The notes under the pieces are model-generated. The model was given only the letters and a program-made list of their open reading frames with translations. It was not told the origin of the DNA and searched no databases. Shown piece after piece: positions 9,184 through 16,514 of a DNA stretch of 32,000 nt. Source of the stretch: an uncultured Erysipelotrichaceae bacterium (lineage in GTDB: Bacteria > Bacillota_I > Bacilli_A > Erysipelotrichales > Erysipelotrichaceae); contig OW818653.1 of assembly GCA_942492995.1 (NCBI GenBank), positions 1,440,001-1,472,000 on the forward strand. Reading direction: 5' to 3'. A program made the position numbers and the translations under genes. The number at the start of each line of letters is the position of its first letter. Positions within the stretch are counted from its first letter, which is position 1.

Positions 9184-9543
9184 TTAGTACTTTCTAGAAA
9201 GATATATATACATTGTAGTAAACGACATAAATCCTATTCCGAACAATACTTCAAAAATTAATGCAGAACTAACATTTTTGATTAAATCAAACGAATCACT
9301 TCCAAAATAACTTAATAAGATTACTGCCATCATTACAATAAAAGCTTTAGATTGAGCTCGTTCATTGATAAATTTTTCTCGCTCATCTTGAGACTTCTTT
9401 GAATCGCTATATTGAATTGTCCCTGAACTGAAAACTGCTAATGCGGTAGAAAGTTTAGGTATAGTGTCATTTTGATAAATTAAACCTAATACTAATAGTA
9501 ATATGTATGTAATCATAATAAGAATTATGTATTTTATATTCAT
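9184..9543 (-). CDS. small membrane protein (DUF2178-like pattern, tentative)
   Basis: 119 aa with 4 hydrophobic segments and a central DEREKFINERAQSKAF block resembling the DER motif of DUF2178-type proteins. An AAAGGAGG SD lies upstream. Confidence 0.5.
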   Translation of the reverse strand: MNIKYIILIMITYILLLVLGLIYQNDTIPKLSTALAVFSSGTIQYSDSKKSQDEREKFINERAQSKAFIVMMAVILLSYFGSDSFDLIKNVSSALIFEVLFGIGFMSFTTMYIYLSRKY

Positions 9544-9629
9544 AATTTCCTCCTTTAAAAATTGATCTATATGGAACTACATCCTTTTGTCAAAAGCTTT
9601 ATTTACAATCCAGTTTGTAATATTTATTA

Positions 9630-9989
9630 CTAAGAATACTCCAGCACCGTATAACGAATCCATGAGTTATCTAGAAACATTCCTATAATCATAATAATTA
9701 CTAAAAACACATATATTACATTTAACGTTAGTACTGCGGATTTCCCTTTGACTTGAATAGTTCTTTCGTCATTAACTAGTTCTTTAGCTTTTCGATTAAG
9801 CCCTGGGAATCTTGTTTGATAATAAACATTATATGTGATTGCTATAATTGATGCGCCTAACAAACCTGAAATAGAATTTTGTAGACTGTTTTGTCCACCT
9901 AATAATACAAATATTGTCGTCCCAATGAAATAACCAAGAAATGAATATATGCCCAGCATGATATAATATCGATTAACTTTCTTTTCCAT
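9630..9989 (-). CDS. small membrane protein partner of the YozG-like regulator (DUF2178-like, tentative)
   Basis: I moved the start to ATG 9989 (protein begins MEKKVNRYY...). It sits 1 nt after the regulator's stop codon (9993-9991) and has GAGGA upstream. It has 4 hydrophobic segments and an NDERTIQVKGKSA block. Confidence 0.55.
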   Translation of the reverse strand: MEKKVNRYYIMLGIYSFLGYFIGTTIFVLLGGQNSLQNSISGLLGASIIAITYNVYYQTRFPGLNRKAKELVNDERTIQVKGKSAVLTLNVIYVFLVIIMIIGMFLDNSWIRYTVLEYS

Positions 9990-9990
9990 T

Positions 9991-10188
9991 CTAATCATCC
10001 TCAAATATGAATAATGACTCAATTGACATATCAAAGAATTTTGCAAGTCTAAATGCTAATTGTATTGATGGATTATACTTACCATTCTCCAATGAATTTA
10101 TCGTTTGACGAGAAACTCCTAGTTTGTCCGCTATTTCTTCTTGAGTGTAATTAAATTTTTTCCTAATTTCTTCTAACTTATTTTTCAT
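9991..10188 (-). CDS. small XRE-family transcriptional regulator (YozG-like)
   Basis: MKNKLEEIRKKFNYTQEEIADKLGVSRQTINSLENGKYNPSIQLAFRLAKFFDMSIESLF is the classic roughly 65-aa HTH_3 regulator. I moved the start from 10236 to ATG 10188. Confidence 0.85.
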   Translation of the reverse strand: MKNKLEEIRKKFNYTQEEIADKLGVSRQTINSLENGKYNPSIQLAFRLAKFFDMSIESLFIFEDD

Positions 10189-10204
10189 TTTAACTTCCAT
10201 ATTG

Positions 10205-10254
10205 TGTAAAGCAAGCTTTACATATATATTAAACAACAGAATTTTCTATGTCAA
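10205..10254 (-). promoter_or_regulatory. promoter of the YozG-like regulator operon plus an 18-bp perfect palindrome
   Basis: On the minus strand: -35 TTGACA (10254-10249), a 17-nt spacer, then -10 TAATAT (10231-10226). The palindrome TGTAAAGC-AA-GCTTTACA (10205-10222) begins just downstream of the expected TSS. This is a likely auto-operator. Confidence 0.5.
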
Positions 10255-10320
10255 GCATACTTTACTTTATAGCTATTATTATACCAATATTAACATTGCA
10301 TGATAAAGTCTAACATCAAG

Positions 10321-10368
10321 CAAAAACCGCTTTTCGGCGGTCAGTTCACCAATTTGGTGGAAGTGAGG
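10321..10368 (-). repeat. copy B: displaced ssrA 3' end (last 14 nt) plus terminator; att-like direct repeat
   Basis: caaaaaccgcttttcggcggtcagttcaccaatttggtggaagtgagg matches 12515-12562 at 43 of 48 positions (ungapped hand alignment). The match includes TGGTGGAAGTGAGG, which is the reverse complement of CCTCACTTCCACCA. Confidence 0.75.
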
Positions 10369-10443
10369 CGTGGCACTTTTATCACTTGGTTGTATAGTTA
10401 AGAATTCCGACTTTTTTAAATGGTTCCGCGTTTTAAACATGCG

Positions 10444-10725
10444 TTATCCTGCGGGAAAATTATTATATACCTTAAACACATAAAGGATATAGATATCCTC
10501 AATCTCGATGTGATCTTCAAATTTAAAATACCTCACCATATACCCCAGACCGATAGCAGTGGGTCTATAATACTTACCACCATCGCTATTAGTAAATGTT
10601 TCAATGAATTTATATGCAAAAACCGGTTCTTTCTTTCGATACATTCGATCATAATCAAATGTAATAATCGATATTAGAATTACAGCAAATACTATTAATG
10701 TCTTTTTAAAGTTATGATCTCGCAA
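10444..10725 (-). CDS. small N-terminally anchored membrane protein, unknown function (start uncertain)
   Basis: The ORF sits directly after the amidase gene. I favour the TTG start at 10725, which has GAAGG about 10 nt upstream and overlaps the amidase stop by 14 nt. The track ATG at 10779 would overlap the amidase gene by 68 nt. It has one TM (TLIVFAVILISIITF) followed by a roughly 60-aa soluble part. Confidence 0.4.
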   Translation of the reverse strand: MRDHNFKKTLIVFAVILISIITFDYDRMYRKKEPVFAYKFIETFTNSDGGKYYRPTAIGLGYMVRYFKFEDHIEIEDIYILYVFKVYNNFPAG

Positions 10726-11827
10726 GTATTGCAAACCTTCCTGTTCCTGAACTTTTTTCCCAATCATTATTGTTATCATTTACTTGTAAATGATAATTAT
10801 TAGAATGTTGAGCTACTTTAAAATTATAGTAACTTCTTGATTTTCCATCCTCATCAGTATATGTGCCAAGAGTAGTTGAAATAGCGGTCACAAATCCTAC
10901 ATGGTCCCATGAGTTGTCATTATTTGAATCTAAAATTATTATATCTCCAACTTTTACATTCTGACTAAATATTTTAAAATCAGTATATGATGCATATAAC
11001 CCAAACTTCAAAATAAACGATGACACCCTTATAAATGATGCAGAATGTGTATGTGTGTACTCATTTTGGTACGTATACGGATTTAAATATGTTTTAACTT
11101 TATGCCACCAGCTTACATTAACGTCATCGGTTGGAGAAGTCACTTGGACAACACCCATAGCCTCAAGAATTTGTGATGTAAAATTCGTGCAATCAGTACC
11201 GCCGAAATTATAGTACTTATTAATACTATTGTTATAAATAGCATAAGTTTGTGCATAAGAAACACCTGCACTAATGTTTCTTACAGCAAGAATACTTCTA
11301 CTTGTCTTAAAGAGAATTGAATTATTAATTTGAAGTCTTACAGCTTCAGTATAAGGCAAATTAATAATAATAGTGTTTATATTTTCATTTATAGAACCAT
11401 TGTTAATATACTCTCTAATTTCATTGTTATAAATCGTATTTTCCGCAATATCTATAAATTCAACAATAGTTTGAATTTCATTTTGTATACCATTTGAAAA
11501 ATTGTAGTTTAGTAATGCATCTCTAAAATTACCAATATTTGCTAAATTAAATGGAATATTGATATCGTTTTTGAGCAATTCAAAAACGGAATAATGGTCA
11601 ATAACAAATCTCTGAATTGCGTCATTAGGATTAATGAATTCCTTAAGCATTTCATACACTTCATTGTTAAATACAAAATTCTCAATATGAGTTTGATACG
11701 CGTTATTAACTTCAGTATTTTCAACCTTTTTAACAATATTAGCAGCCATTCCATTAATGGGTATATATTGAGTAAAAACAATAAATAGAATTATTGTAAG
11801 CTTAAGTAAATTAGATACTCTTTTCAT
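10712..11827 (-). CDS. secreted putative cell-wall amidase (Amidase_6 / papain-like Cys-His fold)
   Basis: 371 aa with an N-terminal signal-like segment (LLKLTIILFIVFTQYIPINGMAA). The C-terminal block YAQTYAIYNN...YYNFGGTDCTNFTSQILEAMG...WWH...VGDIIILD...WDHVGFV...AQHS matches the Amidase_6 pattern as I recall it: catalytic Cys in DCTNF, then His. A GGGAG SD lies upstream. Confidence 0.7.
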   Translation of the reverse strand: MKRVSNLLKLTIILFIVFTQYIPINGMAANIVKKVENTEVNNAYQTHIENFVFNNEVYEMLKEFINPNDAIQRFVIDHYSVFELLKNDINIPFNLANIGNFRDALLNYNFSNGIQNEIQTIVEFIDIAENTIYNNEIREYINNGSINENINTIIINLPYTEAVRLQINNSILFKTSRSILAVRNISAGVSYAQTYAIYNNSINKYYNFGGTDCTNFTSQILEAMGVVQVTSPTDDVNVSWWHKVKTYLNPYTYQNEYTHTHSASFIRVSSFILKFGLYASYTDFKIFSQNVKVGDIIILDSNNDNSWDHVGFVTAISTTLGTYTDEDGKSRSYYNFKVAQHSNNYHLQVNDNNNDWEKSSGTGRFAILARS

Positions 11828-12510
11828 ATAATCTCCCTTTCATTTACTACATAACTAATTCCAAAATTTCAAGAATAATTATCTGCTTTATTTCTAAACA
11901 AAATATAGAGATATAAACAGTACTCAATAAAAAATAAATTCGATATTAATTATCACTCTTCGACCTCGCAAATCATTATTTTGTCATTTATAGAAGACTT
12001 CTTATTGAGTTCTCAAATATATGATAAACAACCTAAATCTTATTGAACTTATTGTCTAACAATGAAATCAATCAATATATAAAGTGCATACCTTCCATGT
12101 TGTACTAGCCTCCCCCTATTTATATTGTAAATTGTATTTTGGCCATTCTTGTCTACTCTTTTTAACGATTTTTGACATTTAATGTAATAAAATTGACAAC
12201 TATGGGCGACAAATCAAACAATTCTTTTTTTCGTGTTAAAAAACTTATGATCCATCAAAGAAAAGGTTTCATTTTAAACTTGAGGAATCTATCCATTCAG
12301 ACCAACTACAGTTTTCAAACCCTCTCGATTTTCATATAAGCGAAGAACGAAGTTATGAAAAGCAATATATAAATTCTCTTTGAATATTTAAACAACAGCA
12401 TACGAATGTTGACATTTATGCAGTCAAACGACTCATTAATATAGCAGAACTTTACATCAACTTTATAAGTATATCTACCAAATGTTGTAACTAGTCAAGC
12501 TATTATCACA

Positions 12511-12536
12511 AAAACAAAAACCGCCTTTCAGCGGTT
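12511..12536 (-). terminator. ssrA intrinsic terminator (copy A)
   Basis: The minus strand reads AACCGC-tgaaag-GCGGTT followed by TTTTGTTTTT, starting 12 nt after the tmRNA CCA end. Confidence 0.75.
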
Positions 12537-12548
12537 CGTTCACCAAAT

Positions 12549-12892
12549 TGGTGGAAGTGAGGGGAGTCGAACCCCTGTCCAAATTGTGTCCACATTCAAA
12601 CATCTACAGTTTAGTCTGAATTGATAATCAAGCAAGTTGCCTCAGACAAGCCTTACTTGATGTGTCTAACTGGATTTAACTTAACTTTGAATAGACATCT
12701 GGTTAAGCTGTTCCTTGTTTATGGTGCCTAGTACAACCCCAAGGACAGGGTCGAGTAGACAGCTACGAGCCTTTAGCGGCTAACTATGCAGCGAAACTTA
12801 ATTTGTTTCCGGTTAATTTTTTTTGGCAATTAGGTCGCCACTCCACTGCAGTCTGAATCCAACTGACAATCTGTCGAAACCATGACACCCCC
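12549..12892 (-). ncRNA. ssrA: tmRNA (transfer-messenger RNA, SsrA), about 344 nt with encoded CCA
   Basis: The 5' end GGGGGUGUCAUGGUUUCGACAG and the 3' end GGACAGGGGUUCGACUCCCCUCACUUCCACCA show the tRNA-Ala-like acceptor stem with a G3-U pair and the T-arm GGUUCGACUCC. An internal reading frame ends ...GGA AAC AAA UUA AGU UUC GCU GCA UAG (...GNKLSFAA-stop), which is typical of a tag template. Confidence 0.92.
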
Positions 12893-12913
12893 ATGTGGGA
12901 TGGATGCATTGAA

Positions 12914-12942
12914 AGTATATTACTAACCATAATAAAAGTCAA
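12914..12942 (-). promoter_or_regulatory. ssrA promoter
   Basis: On the minus strand: -35 TTGACT (12942-12937), a 17-nt spacer, then -10 TATACT (12919-12914). This predicts a short 5' leader ahead of the mature 5' end at 12892. Confidence 0.6.
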
Positions 12943-12981
12943 TCATGTGGCTCAAAATTGGGACACCTGATCGACTATAAA

Positions 12982-13797
12982 TTAAGCTAATTTCTTTCTG
13001 AGATACGTAGAGATTGCTTCAACGATTAATACGAATATAATCAACCCAACAAGTAATGCCCCAGCATCCTTCCAACGATACGCATTAATCGCAAAAATCA
13101 AAGGTGCACCAATACCACCCGCCCCAACCATACCGAGAATTGTCGCATATTTGACATTAATCTCGAAACGATAAATCGCAGTAGATAGGAAATTACTCAT
13201 AAGTTGAGGTATAATTCCGTAACGTACTTTTTGTATACCATCACAACCAGACGCATCAAGTGCTTCGATAATACCTGGATCAAGTTCTTCAATTGTTTCA
13301 ATAAACAACTTAGAAACCATTCCTACACTCGCAATCGCAAGTGTTAATACACCTGTAAACGCTCCAGGACCGGTAACACGGATAAACATCAAACCATATA
13401 CTACTGCAGGGAATGTACGAATAACCGTAATTGCCGCAACTCCAAAATGTGTAAACCATGAAGGTACGATATTTCTTGAAGATAAGAATGCGAGAGGAAT
13501 CGATATAATCGTCCCAATAATTGTCCCTAAGAACGCAATCGCAGCTGTTTCTAACAATAAATATGGAACACCTGTTTTAGTTGTAAAGTCTAATAAGAAC
13601 GGAAGATTTGGTGTAAATACACTTTGAATAATATTCATCGCGATTTCTAATCCAGTATCTGTTATTCCTTTATAGTTTATATAATCCAATGAGAATAGAA
13701 TAATGATTGCACTAATCCCAATAACTAACGCATTACGCCAGAATACTTTAGGCTGTTTAGCCAATTGGTCTTGAACTCTTTTATTTTGCGTACTCAT
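12982..13797 (-). CDS. phnE: phosphonate/phosphite-type ABC transporter permease
   Basis: 271 aa, a polytopic PhnE-type permease. It is paralogous to the upstream permease, shown by the shared blocks RTFP..V..L.F and GYVGAGGIG / GMVGAGGIG. There is a 4-nt start/stop overlap. Confidence 0.85.
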   Translation of the reverse strand: MSTQNKRVQDQLAKQPKVFWRNALVIGISAIIILFSLDYINYKGITDTGLEIAMNIIQSVFTPNLPFLLDFTTKTGVPYLLLETAAIAFLGTIIGTIISIPLAFLSSRNIVPSWFTHFGVAAITVIRTFPAVVYGLMFIRVTGPGAFTGVLTLAIASVGMVSKLFIETIEELDPGIIEALDASGCDGIQKVRYGIIPQLMSNFLSTAIYRFEINVKYATILGMVGAGGIGAPLIFAINAYRWKDAGALLVGLIIFVLIVEAISTYLRKKLA

Positions 13798-14615
13798 AAT
13801 AGATTCTTCCTTAATGTACGACTCAATGTTTCAATTAAGTACACCGTAACCATCATTACTAATAAGATTAATCCAACATCAGGATACATTCTCCATCCAA
13901 GTCTTTCATTCAATATAATCCCAATACCCCCTGCCCCAACATAACCAAGGACAGCCGCATTACGGATATTCATCTCAAAGTTATAGAGAATGAGAGAATA
14001 ATATTGACCCCATAACTGAGGCATAATCGCTGACCAGAATGCTTGAATTCGGCTCGCACCACTTGACGTAATCGCTTCAAATGGTCCCATATCAGCAGTA
14101 TCAATTAATTCATAGAACATCTTAGTCATAATCGTAAATGTAAATACCCCAATCGCCATCGTACCCGCAAAAGCACCTATTCCAAATATAATTCTGAATA
14201 ATAGAGCTAATACAAGAATTGGAAATGTACGTACTACACTAAAAAACGCCTTGGTAATAAACTTCACAAATTTACTCTTCATCATATTTTCTGATGAAAG
14301 ATAAGCCGCTGGTAATGCAAGTAATGATCCAACTAACGTCCCAATAACTGACATCATAATTGTCGCAACTAATGGTGCCCATACTTTATCAAAATACGCT
14401 AAATTAGGAGGAATCATCCCATCTAATATTACGAAGAATTGATATCCTCTTTTAAACAAAGTCGCTATTTTAAACTTCGTTAAACTGACACTATACAACG
14501 TAATAAATGTTAGTATCGGAATGATATAAACAGCAGGACTCATCTTAGGTTGAACTACTTTACCATTGGTTAATGTGATAGATTTTGGTTTAAAGATTTG
14601 TTTAATCTTATCCAT
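13794..14615 (-). CDS. phnE: phosphonate/phosphite-type ABC transporter permease
   Basis: 273 aa, with PhnE-type permease motifs as in the downstream paralogue. Confidence 0.85.
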   Translation of the reverse strand: MDKIKQIFKPKSITLTNGKVVQPKMSPAVYIIPILTFITLYSVSLTKFKIATLFKRGYQFFVILDGMIPPNLAYFDKVWAPLVATIMMSVIGTLVGSLLALPAAYLSSENMMKSKFVKFITKAFFSVVRTFPILVLALLFRIIFGIGAFAGTMAIGVFTFTIMTKMFYELIDTADMGPFEAITSSGASRIQAFWSAIMPQLWGQYYSLILYNFEMNIRNAAVLGYVGAGGIGIILNERLGWRMYPDVGLILLVMMVTVYLIETLSRTLRKNLL

Positions 14616-14616
14616 A

Positions 14617-15381
14617 TTAACGCTCCATCAATTCATCATCACTTAATTCACGTCCATAGATTTCTTTTAATATTTGATTATTAACTTGAGTAGACGGTCC
14701 GTCAAAGACAATCAATCCCTCTTTTATTCCAATAACACGTTGTGCAAACTTAAGTGCTATATCCACATGATGCATATTCGCAATAACGGTTATATTCAGC
14801 TCTTTATTAATCTTCACAAAGTCATTCATAACTTGATTCGAAGTTACAGGATCCAACGATGCGACCGGTTCATCCGCTAAGATAATTTTAGGTTGTTGAG
14901 CAACACATCGCGCTAACGCAACACGTTGTTGTTGACCACCAGAAAGTTGATCCGCACGTGTATAGGCCTTTTCAAGTATTCCAACTTGATCTAACGCTTC
15001 TAACGCAATAATCTTATCCTTCTTAGTGTATAAACCTAAAAGACTCATCCATAATGGCATATCCGCAACACGTGCAGCTAATACATTCTTAATAACCGAA
15101 GTACGTTTAACTAAGTTAAAGGATTGGAAAACCATTCCAATATCTCTTCTAAAACGTCTGAGTGATTTTCCACTTAAACTCGATACATCAATCCCATTTA
15201 CTAATAATTTCCCATCAGTAATGGTATGCATTTGATTAATCGAACGTAAAAGTGTTGATTTACCTGCTCCAGATAAACCAATAATCGCAACAAACTCACC
15301 TTGTTTAATCTCTAAGCTAACACCCTTAAGTGCCATTACACCATTTGGATATGTCTTAATCACATTTTGAAACTGAATCAT
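14617..15381 (-). CDS. phnC: phosphonate ABC transporter ATP-binding protein
   Basis: The Walker A GLSGAGKSTLLR, signature LSGGQQQRV and Walker B ILADEP motifs are present. The N-terminus and length (254 aa) are typical of PhnC. Confidence 0.9.
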   Translation of the reverse strand: MIQFQNVIKTYPNGVMALKGVSLEIKQGEFVAIIGLSGAGKSTLLRSINQMHTITDGKLLVNGIDVSSLSGKSLRRFRRDIGMVFQSFNLVKRTSVIKNVLAARVADMPLWMSLLGLYTKKDKIIALEALDQVGILEKAYTRADQLSGGQQQRVALARCVAQQPKIILADEPVASLDPVTSNQVMNDFVKINKELNITVIANMHHVDIALKFAQRVIGIKEGLIVFDGPSTQVNNQILKEIYGRELSDDELMER

Positions 15382-15401
15382 TGTTTTGAACTCCTTTTAG
15401 A

Positions 15402-15433
15402 ATAAAAAAAGGAGCGAGGGTTTAGCCTCGCTC
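15402..15433 (-). terminator. intra-operon intrinsic terminator/attenuator between phnD and phnC
   Basis: The minus strand reads GAGCGAGG-ctaaac-CCTCGCTC followed by CTTTTTTTATT, 10 nt after the phnD stop codon. Confidence 0.6.
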
Positions 15434-15442
15434 TTAAGCTAA

Positions 15443-16474
15443 TTATCCTTTAGCAACTTCTGCAGCTCTACGAGCACCGTCGTAATCCGCATCCGTCACA
15501 ACTTCGTAACCTTCATGATTGTAAATCTTGATTGCTTCAGCTCCAGCTTCAGTTTGAGCAATTTCAATAAATGCTTCTTGAACTGCCTTCTTGAATCCTT
15601 CACTCATTTCAGGATTATTTAAACTTACTGAAATAGTATCATTGAAGATCGCTTCAGTAACACCAATAACATCAGTTTCAGCCCAGATAGACTCTGTACG
15701 TTTCCATTCAGTTGTCCATTGTGCTTCATAGTCTCTACGAATATCAGCATAACCAACACCAACATCACATGTTCCTTGAGCAAGGTTCAACGCGATATCA
15801 CCATAACCACCAGGTAATGGAGCTTTTTCTAAGTCAGTTAATTTCTTATCAAAGTTTTCTAATAACCACATTGTAGGATATACATAACCAGCAGATGAAG
15901 TAGCACTAGATGAAACACACCATTGTGCACCATTAACATCATCCCAAGTTAATGCTGTTCCAGCTTTAACTTTTTCAGCTAAAGTACGACCATATTCGCT
16001 TGGTCCAGCATAAATTAATGAACGGTAATATGTAACTTGGTTTGCGGAATCACCTAAAGTAGGTAAACCATCATTCCAGTCAGCAGCAGTAACACTGTCT
16101 TTATTTAAACCAGCACGTGTAGCAGCTAATACAACTTCTACTCCATCTTCAGCGTATGCAACATAGGTTCCACCAGGTAAGAATCCGATGTGAGCAGTTC
16201 CAGCCGCAAGAGCTTCACCAGCCGCATTATAATCGGTTGATACTTCGATGGTAACATTTTCAACTGTATAACCTTTTTCGCCAAGGGTATCAATTAAAAG
16301 TTGTTTTAGAGGTTCTGTCGCTTCAAGGATTAATCCTGCATCACGACTAGGCACGAATAATACGACTAAATCTTCAATGACTGTGTCTTCAGTTACTTCT
16401 GGTTCTGCAGTACATGCGACCAAACCACCAAAGAACAATACAGAAATCAATAAAATGCTTAAAAGCTTTTTCAT
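15443..16474 (-). CDS. phnD: phosphate/phosphite/phosphonate ABC transporter substrate-binding lipoprotein
   Basis: 343 aa. It has the lipoprotein signal MKKLLSILLISVLFFGGLVAC (lipobox LVAC) and PhnD-family body blocks (FVPS, GYVYP, DVGVGYADIR). A GGAGG SD lies upstream. Confidence 0.85.
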   Translation of the reverse strand: MKKLLSILLISVLFFGGLVACTAEPEVTEDTVIEDLVVLFVPSRDAGLILEATEPLKQLLIDTLGEKGYTVENVTIEVSTDYNAAGEALAAGTAHIGFLPGGTYVAYAEDGVEVVLAATRAGLNKDSVTAADWNDGLPTLGDSANQVTYYRSLIYAGPSEYGRTLAEKVKAGTALTWDDVNGAQWCVSSSATSSAGYVYPTMWLLENFDKKLTDLEKAPLPGGYGDIALNLAQGTCDVGVGYADIRRDYEAQWTTEWKRTESIWAETDVIGVTEAIFNDTISVSLNNPEMSEGFKKAVQEAFIEIAQTEAGAEAIKIYNHEGYEVVTDADYDGARRAAEVAKG

Positions 16475-16514
16475 TCATTGTCCTCCTGTAATATGAAATT
16501 ACACTTAAATTTTA

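Larger units (their letters stand above)
8003..10320. mobile_element. putative degraded islet 2 between ssrA-terminator copies C and B
   Basis: The block is bounded by the repeat copies. It is visibly very AT-rich and contains only HTH regulators and small membrane proteins. No recombinase is present. Confidence 0.35.
10369..12548. mobile_element. putative degraded integrative islet 1 inserted in the ssrA 3' end
   Basis: The islet is flanked by direct repeats at 12515-12562 and 10321-10368. Its cargo is the amidase gene, a small membrane ORF and 0.7 kb of ORF-free DNA. No integrase is present. Confidence 0.45.

Noticed and set aside
1-12548. I searched the accessory tract downstream of ssrA for an integrase, excisionase, transposase or inverted terminal repeats, to call an intact mobile element.
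   Set aside because: No ORF in the track, and none of my own reading of the gaps, shows recombinase hallmarks. Only the att-like repeats remain. I therefore report degraded islets at modest confidence rather than an active element.
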